Program-made: the position numbers and the translations under genes | Assembly: GCA_051313645.2 (NCBI GenBank) | Contig: JBNRSN020000008.1 | Coordinates: 51,956,001 to 52,020,000 of the forward strand | Length of the DNA stretch: 64,000 nucleotides | Reading direction: 5' to 3' | Source of the DNA: Centroscyllium fabricii | Lineage: Eukaryota | Shown: in pieces, positions 32,746 to 46,814 of the stretch | How the letters are laid out: every line of letters starts with the position of its first letter | Position numbering within the stretch: position 1 is the first letter of the stretch | Notes under the pieces: model-generated | The model's database searches: none | What the model was told of the DNA's origin: nothing | The model's input: only the letters and a program-made list of their open reading frames with translations

Positions 32746-35700
32746 TAGCAGCGGGTCCTTTTTGTCTGTCTGTGTGTGTGTGTGTGTGTAATGTTGATTG
32801 ACTGGAAACCAGAAAGCCCCCCCCCCCTCCCCCAGTGAAAGTGCTAGATTGTATGTTGTGTGAAAGTTACTCCCGTCCCCTCTCTCCCCCTCCCTCTCTC
32901 TCGCTCTCTCCCCCCCTCTCTCTCACACTCTCTCTCCAATACCTTGATTTGCCTACAGGAGAAAACCGTTATGTTGCCTCTTTTGTTTGTTTTCCAAGCG
33001 ATGGTTTATTTATCTGAACTCTTTCCATATATATATATTTTTTTTTTTTTTAAACGACGTGTCAGACTTTGGCAGCAGTTGAGTCTAACGGAACACACCT
33101 ATATATATATTTGTTAAATGTTTTAATACTTTCCGCCCGATCCGTTCTCTCCCCTTTTCAAGGATCACTGTAACTTTTTAAAAAGAATTTGTAGACCACA
33201 AATAAGGAAACAGAAGCCTATCAGACTGTATTTGAAAGGAGCAGCTCTCTCTCTCTCTCTGTGTCTCTCTTGTTTCTTCATAATTTGTTGTGTTGATGTG
33301 TGGTGCGGGGAAAGGGAGGGGAGGGGGTGATAACGGAATCAGAATAAAACGTTTCTCTTCTTGGTACCTAGATTGTGTGTGTGGGGTGTGTGTAGCCTGG
33401 GTGTGTGTTTCTCGCCCCTCACAATATTTAAAATGTGTGTGTGTGTGTGTGTGATTCGGGATCAGGCTCAGTCGATGCGTTCATGCTTTCACCTCGCACA
33501 GGCTTTCAAATGTTGTGCCGTCAGCTCGACATTTTGTGGAACATTCATTTCATCTTGTGTGTCGTTGCATCGCCCTCCCCCCCCCCCCCCCTCCTTGCTT
33601 GATATGTTTGGCTCTATCGATAAATAAAGTGTTCGTGACAATAGCAGAAAAAGCGGGGGGTGGGGTGGGGGGTGTTGGAGAGTAATCGCGAGTTTCTATT
33701 CAAAGTACAGTCCAGAGCGACTGGACGAGCAGACGGTGTGTGTGTGTGAATGTTACCTTGCCCCCCTGCACGCAGTCTGCCTTTTCCTCCTTTAGCAGAT
33801 TAAAGTTATTGATTTTCTCCCTGTTTTGTTGTTGTTGTTTCAATGCTTGAGGCTGATTCCTTTTCAATTTCCTCCTCCTTTCCAAGTATTCCAGAAGCAC
33901 GTTGCTAGTGTTAAGAGATTAACCAGAGTGGTTTTAAAAAAAAAAAAAATCTTCTTCCCCTATCTGTGTGTACGTGTGTTTGTTAGTTCACGAAACATGG
34001 GAAGAGGAGATTGGGGAGCATTGATAGGAAAAGGCAAATAAGGTCGGGATCCTTTCTGAACCAACTTGCCTTGAATATCAGTGGCTGGATCTCTAACCTG
34101 ACTTCAAGTTGTCTTGAGTGCCTTGTTTTCAGGTTATTCTGAAGATAATGGTGGGTTTTATTTTACACTTTAATCCACGCCCCTCCCTTGTTTCTGGTCG
34201 GATCGGTAGTTGGGGGGGGGGGGGGGGTGGCTGCAGGTAAAATAAAGCGCTTTCCATTTTCTCCCGTGTCATGCACACACATCCAAATGCCTTTCCCCGG
34301 GGGAATCGTCTGCATTTATCATAACTGACTGCACGAGAAGGTTTTTTTAAATCTTCTCTCTCTCTCTTTCTCTCCCCCCCCCCCCCCTCACACTCCTCCT
34401 CCCCTCCTGGAGTCATGGAAAAGATGTCAGCTCCATGCTTGTGCATCGGCAGATAGCAGCTTTTGAAGATGCTATCAGGGCGATATGTATTGCAGGGGGA
34501 AAAAAGAAGTGGGGGGGAGGAGGAGGTGGTGGGGGAGATGCTGGACTGCGAGTAACTGTAGGTGATCGGGCAGGAGGGCAGTGAGACATGCCAGGAAAAA
34601 AAAATCGAAAAGGTAGTGTCAGTTTCAGTCACAACCCAAGTCAGATGGTTATTGCCTCAGCTGTAACTTTGAAACACTTTTACTTTAAGTGATTTGTTTC
34701 AGGACTCGGGAGACCTGCTCTGACTTAATAATTCATACTTTGGGTAACTTTGATTTCCAGTCAGATCAAAAGAAATCAAACTTCTTTTTAGCGAGTGAAA
34801 TTGATGTGCATGGAGCAATTTCGCAACTGGTCGTGGCCGCGTTACCGCTGTTCGGGGTCTGTTTGCTCAGTGGGAAAACAAACGTGTCTTTTTGTGTTGT
34901 TGTTTTGGTTAACCCTTTGCACTGAGCTGTTGTTATAGTCCCCCCCACCCCCCCCCCACACTCATCCCAGCACCCCAGCAACACAGGTCCCGTTCCTGGC
35001 GATGCTAACGTCCCTTTGTCCATTGCAGAAATAGTGCCCGCCAATGTTTAATGATTAAGTGGGGTTGCCCGTTTCACCACCCACATCAGCTTATGGTCGT
35101 TTTATTTCTTTGTGTTGGTGCCCCCATCACTCGATCTGATCACTCTTTGTCACTTCTACGAAAGCTTTAAAACTGCTAAAGTTGCTCGAGAAAGAACATG
35201 AACTTGCTTCTCGAGACATGCTTCGAACACAAGTTTGGACATTGTTTTTGGAAGTAGGCTTGAATTGCGCGAGGTGTGCGGATTTGAGAAACCTCATTTA
35301 GTAAAGCGAGTGCTTTTCAAACAAAATCTACCCAATCCGGTGCAATCTAAGTGTTAAATATCTGTCGAGCGCTTTCTTGCTTTTGAAGAGAGGGAGAGAG
35401 AAAAACATAAAACTATCATGGGATTAACTGTTGTGGGCCGACACTGCTGTTTCTGTTGAGCGACGTTAAACAGTGAGCCTATCATCATGGTCGACTGACC
35501 CAGTGTATGCCTCAGCCCAGGTTCGTGAGTCCGCTCAACTTCAACAACAACAACAGCAAAAAAATTAACATCGAAAATAACGCGAGAAAGGGAGAGAGAG
35601 AGAGAGAGAGTGAAAGAGAAGAAAAAGAAGTCTGTGCAGACAACAGGAAAATAGACCTCACTGGTGGAGCCTTATAAACCTTTCCCAGCAGCGCTCAAAC

Positions 35701-38700
35701 ACTGTTGCAATGCTTCCATCAGGTGTTGCAAGTAACAGCTAACTGTAAAAGCGACACTTGGTTGCCATTTGCAGCTAGCCTGGTGAGCAAATGTGAGGGG
35801 ACTGGCTTTGATAATATATATTCAATTTTAAATTATGTATAATACACGTGCAAAGTGGGTATAATAACAAAGCAACCGTCCAGCTTATTTTTTCCCAGGT
35901 AGTAAAAATCACTCGTTAGGATTGTGAAGATTTATTCCCCCCCCCCCCCCCCCACCACCACCCCCCTCTACTTACCTCAGACCAGTAGCTATCCATCATC
36001 GGCAGTAAACACGTTAGTAAAGGATCGTTCCTTTCTGTTAGGATATATTGATCATTGTCAATAAAGGTACATTGGTGGAATGGGTTAAGGGGTAACGGAC
36101 CAGATGCTGCGAGCAGAGTTTGGTCTCTGCATTCATGCTGAAGGTAAAAAAAAAAGACAGGCAGTAATTCATTTATAGCAACATTGCTTTCAAGACTTAA
36201 CAAAGGCAGATTCTTCCAGTTCAAACATTTTAGCCCGTTGTCATTAGTCCTGGCATTGTAGCTGCACTTTCACGAAAGAAGAGAAAGCTTTCTGGATTTT
36301 TTTTCTTTCAAGCTTGTGTGTGTGTATATATATATATATATTGCTCCTTGTATCATTTCCAAGAAAGCGGTTTTCTAAGGTACATACTATTTTGCTCCTG
36401 TCATCAAAGCACAGAGAGAGAGAGAGAGAGAGGGGGGTTTGCAGTGATCACAGACAATTGATTGTCAGGACTAGTGTTTGGAACGCCAACAGTGCCAGGG
36501 TGTCCACTGTACCATTCAGCCCACAATCCCACAAGGGTGCAATTGTCTGTGCGTCTAAAACAGACACCTTTTCTTGATGGGCTTTTTAGTCGGCTTCTTT
36601 AGCCTGTTTTTTTAAAAAAATTGTGGGGAGGGGTGGGGAGAAGGATTGAATCAGCTGTGGCATTGCTGTTGAAAAAAAAAGGATTATTTGCTTTCAGCGT
36701 GTAACATAATTAATAAAGATCTTCCGACACTTAATTGCTGATGTTTGAGCAGATGCATGCAGGATCAGTTGAAAAACTACACAAAATAAGAAATAGATAT
36801 TTAGTAACAGTATATGAATCAATCATATGGAAGTCTAGCAGAAAGTGTAATGTTTAACATGTATTCAAAAGCAACTTTGAAATTGAAAAGAAGTGTGCAT
36901 ATGCATGTTGTTGTGAGAAGTCTTATTTATTTTGTTGTCTGAGAGTTCTTCCTAACGGGAAAATATGCACAGCAGAGGCACCGTTAGCTGAACTCTGACA
37001 CTGCGGTCTTTTGAATGCCTTAGGTATGATTTCACTTTCACTCACATCAATGGTGACCTGAATGCCTTTCATATCTGATCCGCCGTGTCTCTCCCAGTAA
37101 ACATCCCCTGAGGGAAGAACAAAGAAAGAGCTTCTTCTTCTTAATCACAATTCAGCCCTTTCACCGCCAGCAGGCTAAATTTGCATTCGGCATCAAGAAC
37201 AAGATGAAAAGAAGAGTGAGAGGGAAAGAGAGAGAGGGAGAGAGAGAGAGAGAGGGGGGCAGGAAAGGAGCGTTTGGTGTCGAGGAAAAATAGCTTAGGT
37301 GTTTGTGAAAGCTCACTGGGCTTCCCCTGGTTACAGCCTTACATGGCGAGCACTGTCCGTGTAGCCTTGGCCTGTTTGACAGACAGATAAGGTTTCAGGA
37401 TGGCATGCCTGTACTATTCGTGGCCACTCGCGGCAACACTTGAGCAGAACTGTCTAAAGAGGATCACATTCTACTCCCCGAGTCTGCCGTGTCTGAGGTC
37501 AGGTGTACATCCTGAAAAAAGCTTTGCTCCACAACATTGTTGTTGTTGTTGCACCGTACAGAACCACACGGTTCAGCAATAATAACGAGTGACAGATTCT
37601 AGATTTTTGTTTTACTTCCCCAGGCATGAAAGGAATATTCTTCCGATTTCTATTTTAGTTTCAGTTTAGTTTCAATCGCTCAAATGCATTTTAGATCGTT
37701 TTTTTAAAAACATTAAAAATAATCATTCAGCTCACACAAATCGAGCTGACACGACATTCCGCTGTAGCCAGCCCCTGCCATGTCACCAAGTTCAAGGTAT
37801 TTTACAGCCACTTAGTCAGTGAAGTTGACAGCTGGAGTTCAGTGACCACCTTTATCTTCGAATCTTAAAAATAAAGTGTCCTTTTTCCGTTCGAAATTAA
37901 CCTTCACGAAATTCACAGGTTTTGGGCCGAGACAATAAGGACAATTGGCAACAATTAGTGGGCTGGGCTGGACTTGGTATAATTTTACAAGAATGTCGTT
38001 TTCCAAAGCAGGGCAGAATTAAATGACTGCTTAAAAACAAACCACGACTTTCAGGGAACTGTCTGTCCCGCATTATTTCGCTGGGGTGTCTTGTCGAGCT
38101 TCAAGAGCTGAGACCATTTCCAAAAATGCTAGTTTTAGTTTTGAAATAGTTTCAGAGGGCGGCGTATGGTTTTAGCCTAACAGAAGTGTCGAGGGTATAT
38201 CTGATTTGTGTTTGGAAGGGTTTGAGAACTCTCTGGGGGTGGGGAAGAGGGGGGGGGGGAGAGAACGACATCTTATGTTACCCCTTCTTTCCTGTTCCTC
38301 TCTCCTCCCTCCACCCTTTCCAGCGGCTGCGGACTTCAGCAGATTTACTTCAACCACCACCTTAGGACACTTGGGCTAGTGGTGTGTTGGGGTGGGGGGG
38401 GGGGGTTGTAAGTCGCAAGCTGATTGCAGAAAAAGAAGCTTTGTGTGCGAGGCGGGGTGCTGGAATAATTCTTTACCAGGCGTACGTGATGTGGGACCTC
38501 TGCAGAGACGCTTACAAGCGATTTAACCCTTTGTCGGGGCCTGTGAGCGGACACTCTTGGCAACAACGCCCATAGAACCCACCAGAGTTGGGGGGGGGGG
38601 GGGGGGGAGAGAAAACACCCCCAGTAATGGTTCAGAGGTTTTTTTTTGTTACTCTTGAAATAAAATGTCATTTGTGAACTTTTATGTGGGGAGCTTGGTG

Positions 38701-39821
38701 GAGTTAACCGAGTATATGTGTCGGTGCTGGAGCAGCCTGGCAGTGTGAAAAAAAGTAAGGGCACGAGAAAAAGTGGCAACACGAAAAGGTGTTTGCAATG
38801 TTGTTAGAGCCGGTGGTGAACTGTGAGATCCCTCGCCATAGCGTCTGAGGATTGGATGGATACAGATCAACTTCCCTCGAAGGTGATAGATACACCATTC
38901 CGCCGAACTGCCCATCTCCTCTTCAAAATCACTTTACAAAAGACATGAAAGGAGTTGAAAGTGAACAGCTTCATTCAAAGCATGGCGCGGTTCCTGCAGG
39001 GATTGCTTGGAGGGGTCGGGGGGGGGGGGGGCCGGTGGTGTTGATACATTTTCAATGGACAGTTGAAATCAATGGATTATGAAACTAAAGTTTGGTCTGG
39101 CTCCGACCTCAGTGGAGCAGTGTGCTGGTTAAGCGACACAGCGCCGTGGAGTGAGTGGTAGATCATTTAGTCTGTTTCTGATCGGAGGCCGATTGTCCCA
39201 GGAGTTGGTGACGGGCGAATGGGATATGTCATCGACTTGAAGCAATCGGGAGGGTTAGACAGGCTGTGCGCCGCCCTCTGCACGTCGTCCCAGTGAGTGT
39301 GGCTCGTTCAAAGGGCCCAGGTACAAGGGACCTTGGATCAGCTCACTCACCTGTCCCTCTTGGAGGAGGCTCGCAGGAGAGCAGCACTTGTAGTGAGGAA
39401 GCTCACCCCAGGGCAAAGCGGGAAAGGCAAAGAGAAATAGCAATCGGAAAGGAGCGAGAGCAGAAACTAATTTAGAAAAAAAGGTAGCAATATATGAGGA
39501 ATGCAGCCAGACCTTTCGAAATCAGCGTGTTGCTGACCACCCCACAGAAAGTGCTGCCAAATCAAAGGGAGGAAATGCCACTGCTGGATATTGTGTGGAC
39601 AGGACAAGGGCTTTAGCAAATGTGTAATATCATCCAGTGCATAAAATTACTGAAGAGCGATCATTTCCATAAAGTGACAGCTTGTACAAGGCGTTTTCCA
39701 ACACATTCCCGGAACCAGAGGGAACAGTTACTGAAAAAATAAACAGATAACTATAAAATAGCATATTCCAAATACTAACAGAAAAGGAGATGTAGTATTG
39801 AATCCAACCACCGAATTGAGA

Positions 39822-40552
39822 NNNNNNNNNNNNNNNNNNNNNNNNNNNNNNNNNNNNNNNNNNNNNNNNNNNNNNNNNNNNNNNNNNNNNNNNNNNNNNN
39901 NNNNNNNNNNNNNNNNNNNNNNNNNNNNNNNNNNNNNNNNNNNNNNNNNNNNNNNNNNNNNNNNNNNNNNNNNNNNNNNNNNNNNNNNNNNNNNNNNNNN
40001 NNNNNNNNNNNNNNNNNNNNNNNNNNNNNNNNNNNNNNNNNNNNNNNNNNNNNNNNNNNNNNNNNNNNNNNNNNNNNNNNNNNNNNNNNNNNNNNNNNNN
40101 NNNNNNNNNNNNNNNNNNNNNNNNNNNNNNNNNNNNNNNNNNNNNNNNNNNNNNNNNNNNNNNNNNNNNNNNNNNNNNNNNNNNNNNNNNNNNNNNNNNN
40201 NNNNNNNNNNNNNNNNNNNNNNNNNNNNNNNNNNNNNNNNNNNNNNNNNNNNNNNNNNNNNNNNNNNNNNNNNNNNNNNNNNNNNNNNNNNNNNNNNNNN
40301 NNNNNNNNNNNNNNNNNNNNNNNNNNNNNNNNNNNNNNNNNNNNNNNNNNNNNNNNNNNNNNNNNNNNNNNNNATATTTTNNNNNNNNNNNNNNNNNNNN
40401 NNNNNNNNNNNNNNNNNNNNNNNNNNNNNNNNNNNNNNNNNNNNNNNNNNNNNNNNNNNNNNNNNNNNNNNNNNNNNNNNNNNNNNNNNNNNNNNNNNNN
40501 NNNNNNNNNNNNNNNNNNNNNNNNNNNNNNNNNNNNNNNNNNNNNNNNNNNN
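39822..40552. other. Assembly gap (N run with a 7-nt island at 40374-40380)
   Basis: N bases. Confidence 1.
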
Positions 40553-41199
40553 GGATGAAAAATGGAAATTGACAGAACAAGTGCTACGAGTGCAGGGGCT
40601 GCTGTTACCTCCTGCCCAGGGTTCTGCAGTGAAACACTAGTTTTCAGCTATAGTGGTGACATACGGCACTGTGTATTTGATTGTTAGGTGGAAGAGCACT
40701 TCTGGCAAGGTCACTGGCAGAGTGAACAATCAATAGCAGATCGGCAGATTAAGATATCATGACATCTAGAATCCAAGCCATTTATTTATTTATTACCATG
40801 AATTTCGATACTTCATTAACTCCAATCTAAACTTCGTTTTAAAACGGTTGTTAATTTTTTTTTCATTTTTTCCCCCTCTTCGGTAAGTTTCACACCCATC
40901 ACCTCACATCCCCTTCCTCCCACTAACTAAAACATGTACCAGGGCTATGACCAGGGTGCTAGGTATTCTCCCTCAGACACCTCTTAATGTAGTGACCATT
41001 GACGAGGCATGAAGTTGTGACACAGGGTGGCTCCAATGCTGTCCTTTCCTCACTCCCTCAGGGAAGTATCTCGATGCCACTGGATGCCTCCCTGGAACAA
41101 CACAGATGAGATGAGAAAATCACTGTGTCAGGAATCAAACTTGTTTTTTTCTCTTTTACTCTGCCAGAGCCGTTCACACCTATCCAGAGCCATCTTGTG

Positions 41200-41445
41200 T
41201 TCCTTCTATTTCTCCTAATATCTCTCACCTTCCCCGCCTTCTAGCCTGTCGCTGATCTTTCCTTTGTTCTTTCAGCCCCCCACCCCTTTCCCCAGCCCCT
41301 ACAAGCTTTAAAATCTATTCCCCCCTCCTGGCTTCTCCAGTTCTGAAGAAAGGTCATCGACCTGAAACGTCAACCCTGTTTCTCTCTCCACCGATGTTGC
41401 CTGGCCTGCTGAGTTTCTCCAGCGTTTTCAGTTGTCATTTTGGTT
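41200..41445 (+). mobile_element. Penelope family B fragment, sense orientation in ZEB2 intron 2
   Basis: Reverse-complement homologue of 8871-9079; left boundary approximate. Confidence 0.78.
41340..41374 (+). ncRNA. Minimal type I hammerhead ribozyme motif with GUC cleavage triplet
   Basis: GUU-CUGAAGA-A-AGGUC-AUC-GACCU-GAAA-CG-UC-AAC; predicted cut after C41371. Confidence 0.75.
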
Positions 41446-44400
41446 TTTTTTTAAACCTGGTTGACTGGACCTCCTTAAACTGTGATGAAATTTCATTTCA
41501 ATCCTATTATGCAGGTAAAACATGAGGGATATGCCTCACAAATGACCGCTGTGTCCATGCCAGCAAGATCAAAAAAAAAGTTGTGAAGAGCTTTTATATA
41601 TACTTTAAAATAAAATGAATGATGATAATATAATGCACGAGAAAGCTAAAGGCTTACTGTTCAATAAATTCTTTTAAGTGCATCTGGTCACAACATTCTG
41701 TGCTGTTAAGCTGTGGTGTCGACTAGCACTTCCTCAGAGAATAAGTGTTAAATGCAAAGAAAGCTTAGCTTCTGCCCTTCTGAGCCCCTCTGTTCCTCTA
41801 CCTGCAGTTGAAAGTTGACATGTAAACGGCCCCATGATTGCAGAGGCCTGACTGTAGTCGGAGATAGCATCAGCCACTTATGCAATAAACAGCCTGGGCA
41901 CATGTGCCCCTTTAATCTGGGGACATACCCACCTGCGGCTGTACGCGCACCGGTGAAGTTCAATAGAGCATCCCATCCTCAAAGTGTCTGTGTTTGTGAT
42001 GATTTAAATATAGCTGGCTGCTCTATCCTTCCCGTTAAAAGGAAATGTTTCTGATGCAGTCCCGGTCCTTTTTTTGTTTTTAACTCTTCATTTCTTCATT
42101 GTGCTTTTCAATGAAAGCTTCCATTATACAGGCCACTGAAAAATGACCAGCGCCCAATAATGGCCACCTTTGTAGCAAGGCCTTCTCTTTAAAGGGAGCC
42201 CAAGACTTGGCACAGAGCAATTCCCAAGACATTCCTCACAGTTTTCTTGCTGGGAATGATTGGATAGTTTGAACAATTCACGTGTCACAAGGATGTCCCC
42301 CTTTATGAGGCAGTCATTGTCTTTCAAATTTCCTTTCATTTGATAGATTAAAAAAAATATATAAACTTTTTAATTGATTGGGCTTGTTTATTAGTCAACA
42401 CACACACTGAAGTAATTGGTCAGAAAGCGGTGGCACAACTGGAATCCAGGCTTCTGCAACACGGGAACCCTTCAAACTAAACATTGGTTTGGGAAGGGTC
42501 GGAGCAGTTTACCTGAATAAGGATATCTTATTTGTTGTAGGAACAAACAACAACAAAAAAAAGGCAGCACAGAGAAGACTAGTTCAGATGGCCCTTGTCA
42601 ACTTAACGACTCTTGAACCAAACTGAATCCAACCTTTGTACCATTTTCTATACCCCGACTCTAGTATCCAGCAGCCCTGCTAATCCAGCAGAATTTGCTT
42701 TCAGCAGATTAGTCAGAGTGTCAAGCCCCCCCCCCCCCCTTACATTTGGTTTGGAAAAAAACACTCCTTGACATTTATACAGAGAGCACATTTGGACTTG
42801 CCCAAACAATATGCAGCATGCACTTACCCCTCCCGCCCTCCAACACCTTTGAAACTTGAGAGTGTGTGTGTGTGTGTGTGTATATGTACATGTATGGGGG
42901 GAGTTGTTGCATGTTGTGTTAAGCAGTGGCTGTTGCTAGCTACAGTACACACACATCTGTGGCTGGCAGGAAGGAGTTGTCTTCAGTAATTAATGTAATG
43001 AAATATTCATCTGCGCTACCTTTTCAGTAGTCTCACAAATTAGGCTGTAACACTTAATGTCTGCACTGCCTCCGTTTTTATTATAATGGCAGGTTTTGCA
43101 TCCGCAATTAGGACTTATACTGACAGTTACAATTTCCAAGGGATGGTAAACAGCGTGGTGTATGAGAAGCGTAATCCACGTGCAAAGCCCCCATCTCTTT
43201 AACCTTGTTGTTTTTTGTGCAGAGGTTACCTTTTCCCGACAGTGCAAAATCGACTTGACATAACTGTTCATCAGTTTCAAGGTTCTCCCTCGAGGTATTT
43301 ACATCAAATCAGCCCAGTCAAGCTTCAAGTTGAAATTGGCAGCCCAGAAACTGACAGGGTTGGGACTGGGAAAGAGACAGCACACAGGCAGCGAATTGAC
43401 AGCAGCAGGGTGAAAGAAACAAAGCTTCCCGGCTTCTGTGCTGAAAAGATCAGCCCTAACGGTGCAGGTCAGCAGCAACGCAAGGCACTCCATCAGTGCC
43501 AGTGTGCTGTTGTGTGATTTTATTTCTTGTGAGGGTGGGTGCGAGGGTGACAGAGTCGAAGCCAAAACATAGCAATCTAGTGGCACACAAAAAAGGAAAG
43601 GACTTTGTCAAAAAAAAGTAGTCCGTTCTAAAGTTAAAATGGGGACTTGCGAAATGTTGGCACTTCTGGGTTTTTTTTGAAGTGTTTGCTTCCTTTGATA
43701 GCCCACCAGGTTGGTGATCACCACCAGGGGTTTCTAACGAGCAGGAGAGAGCCCCGGTCAAACACAAATAGTTCTTTTGCAAAAAGTTATTTGAACAAAA
43801 ACAACGCTTGTTGGTGCCAATACACTCCATTCAACATGACGTAAAATGCGGTGGGGGAAACTGTAAAATTGTGAGTGTTGAGAACTAAAAACATGCTGTT
43901 TAAAAAAAAACTACACAGTAAATGAAAAAGTAAATAAAAGAACATCCTAAGGTGTCCACTGTGTTTCAAAGGAAATAAACAGCAGCCATCGATCCTCTGT
44001 CGAGACACAATGGAAAGTTTTGGGTGCCTTGTGAAGAAATAAATGTGCGGACCCCCTCAGTTTCTGAATGGTTCTTTGATACCGCCCGGGCAGCCCAATG
44101 GCTGAAAAATGTCTGTCCTATCTCTATTCAAGTAATAAAGGTTCACCTTATAAGTTAAACATTCTTTCAAACACTTTTCTTCAGCTTTGCATTTGACAGG
44201 CACTGGGCATCTATTGATGCCTTTTCGACAGGCAGTGTTGAGCTAAAGTGGTGTGACCAGAGAGTTTTGTTAAGCTGTGAACAAAAGATTGGAGATGCCT
44301 CACTGGCATTGTCCACGCATATATGGGCCTTGTCACAGTTTTACTTGATTTAATGCTCTGTTTATTCCTATCTGTGCTTTGAGACCATTTTATTCAAGGT

Positions 44401-46203
44401 GCAGACAAGGCACTCTGCAACTAGACTCTACAACCTGAAGGTTTTTTTGTGTGTGTGTATGTGAGAGACAGAGTTATAGTCCACTCCTCAGGTTGTTTTT
44501 TTTTTTTTAAGTGTTTGCTGTGAGATTTAATTGTGGGGGGCTCTCCGCAGAGGTAGTCATGGGAAGCGTCTCTCGGCTGGAAAGAATGCACAGCAGGTCA
44601 GGGTGTGAATTTGCAGGGAGCCACAGCCAGCGTAAACCCCCAGGAGCAGGTACTTTGTTCCCTGTCAAGCCACACCAGTTCTGAAAAGATTTGTGGCGTC
44701 ACGTTAAGTCGTGACAGCGACAGTTGTCATAGTTTCCACGACATTACGTAATGGCGAGCCTCCCCAGAGAAGACATGACACTTGCATGTCCCCTTCGAGT
44801 TCAAATGCTTCCCCCCACCCCAGTTTGAAAGTTGTCCAAAATTTGAGATCGTTTGCCATCCATGTGAAGCTTCAGATCAGCTGAAGTGAATTCATCTACT
44901 GAGAATAAAAAGAATAGTTCATGCTACATTTGACACTGCAGCCAAGACTGTGATCTACTCTTCAGGAGGGTCCTTGTTAAATGACCTTATATACTTGCTT
45001 TTTTTACTTCTGAGGGGTGTTGAGATTTGAAGTTCTTAATCATGGAGTGAGAGAAAGAAACAAGACTCTAAAAGAAAGGAGCATGAAGAGAAAAAACAGA
45101 GCACAGGATGAAAACAGCAATATACACCAGCACATGGACACTCACACCGAGAGAGGAGGCAGATATAGATACACGAACAGGCACAGATACCTTATAACAG
45201 ATACATATGCATAGACACAGCCACACCCAAAAATATATCTCTTTACTTGTCACTGGTATTAGATTGAGACCAAAATGCTGGTATTGTGCAGATCAACATC
45301 AGAGATGACTTTTCAGGAATATATAAAAAATCTTTAACTCTCTATAAAAGATGGCTTGTCTTTGGAGAAAGGGATTTAGCTCTGGGCCCCTAAAAGCATA
45401 GGGACTTAATGTTTTGAACATTACAGTGAGATGCCTGGGCTTCAGGGTGCAGAACTTCCTCTGAATCAGATTAGTTAAAGGCAAACGACATTTAGTAGAA
45501 ACCTTTTGTACCACCCCTCCTCCACCATCTCCGCCCCCCCCCCCCCCTCAACTGTATACTGTCTGAGCCATCTCTGAAGGTGTAGAAGTCTAGATTTGTA
45601 AAACGCCTTTTAGGATTGTAAGTATCAAAAGATAGGGAATCAATACTGTTAAATCCCAAGAATATGAATCCACAGCGTAAAATCTGCCGAACAGTCAAAT
45701 CTGATTTTAAGAGCATTGCTCTCCTTCCGTCACTGGTGTACAGACACCCCCCAAAGCACTTGTACTTAAACAAGGTTGTGGCAGTCTGATTTGAATCCTC
45801 AATTCTCCCTAGCCCCACTCTGTCTGTTGAACATTTTGGATGGGTAACCTGATACAGATACAATCACAGCTCCTGCCTTGGTTTGAGGGGTGGTGGAAAT
45901 TAAATTCAGTTTAGATCAGATGATTGCAATTGAATTCGAGCTCCCATTACAAGCAGGGCAGGAGCAACATGACACTGATGATGTGTTTGTAGCCTTATGA
46001 TCCAGTTATCAGTACCCTGTGGTGGGCAAATGGATTCATGTCCCAAGCCAAGCAGGTAACAGTTCATTCTTTAACAGTAACTGTTCAGATACACTGTCTG
46101 GCTCCAGAGTCTTTCTCTGTGGGTAACTCACCCTTCCACTGAAGTGGTTGGAGCTAAGATTTTAACATCAGGAGTGATAGGCCATTTGCACTGTCAGTCA
46201 CTC

Positions 46204-46606
46204 ATAGAAACATAGAAGATAGGAGCAGGAGTAGGCCATTCGGACCTTCGAGCCTGCTCTGCCATTCAATGAGATCATGGCTGATCACCCAAACCCAGCA
46301 CCCTGTCCCTGCCTTGTCCCCATATCACTCGATCCCTATCGAGCCTGCACCGACACATATCCCACCCTATCCCCGTAACCCCACATATTCAATCCCCGTA
46401 ACACTAAGGGTCAATTTATCCTGGCCAATCAACCTAACCCGCACATCTTTGGCCTGTGGGAGGAAACTGGAACACCCGGAGGAAACCCACACAGACGCGG
46501 GGAGAATGTGCAAACTCCACACAGATAGTCACCCGAGGCTGGATTTGAACCCGGGTCTCTAGTGCTGTGAGGCAACAGTGCTAACCACTATGCCACCATG
46601 CCGCCC
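46204..46606 (-). mobile_element. V-SINE (HE1-like) with CR1-derived tail
   Basis: Near-identical to 24556-24943; A and B boxes, V-domain and (TTTCTATG)n tail. Confidence 0.9.
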
Positions 46607-46814
46607 TTTGCCAGTCAAGTCCACTCGACTGGACTTGACTGGCAAAGAAAAGGGGGAAAGGTGTCTGAGTAGCCCCGACTCTGAACTGAGGGAGAGTTTG
46701 GCTGCATTGATTTTCCTTTGCTAGCCTGGGATGGGAGGGCAGCTTTGTCCGTTGAGTGTCTCCTGGCAAAGCAGACATTTCAGCTGGGCTGTAGGATGTC
46801 TCAACACTTCAGTT

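Noticed and set aside
39630-40640. 316-aa and 280-aa ORFs
   Set aside because: Artefacts of translating N bases.
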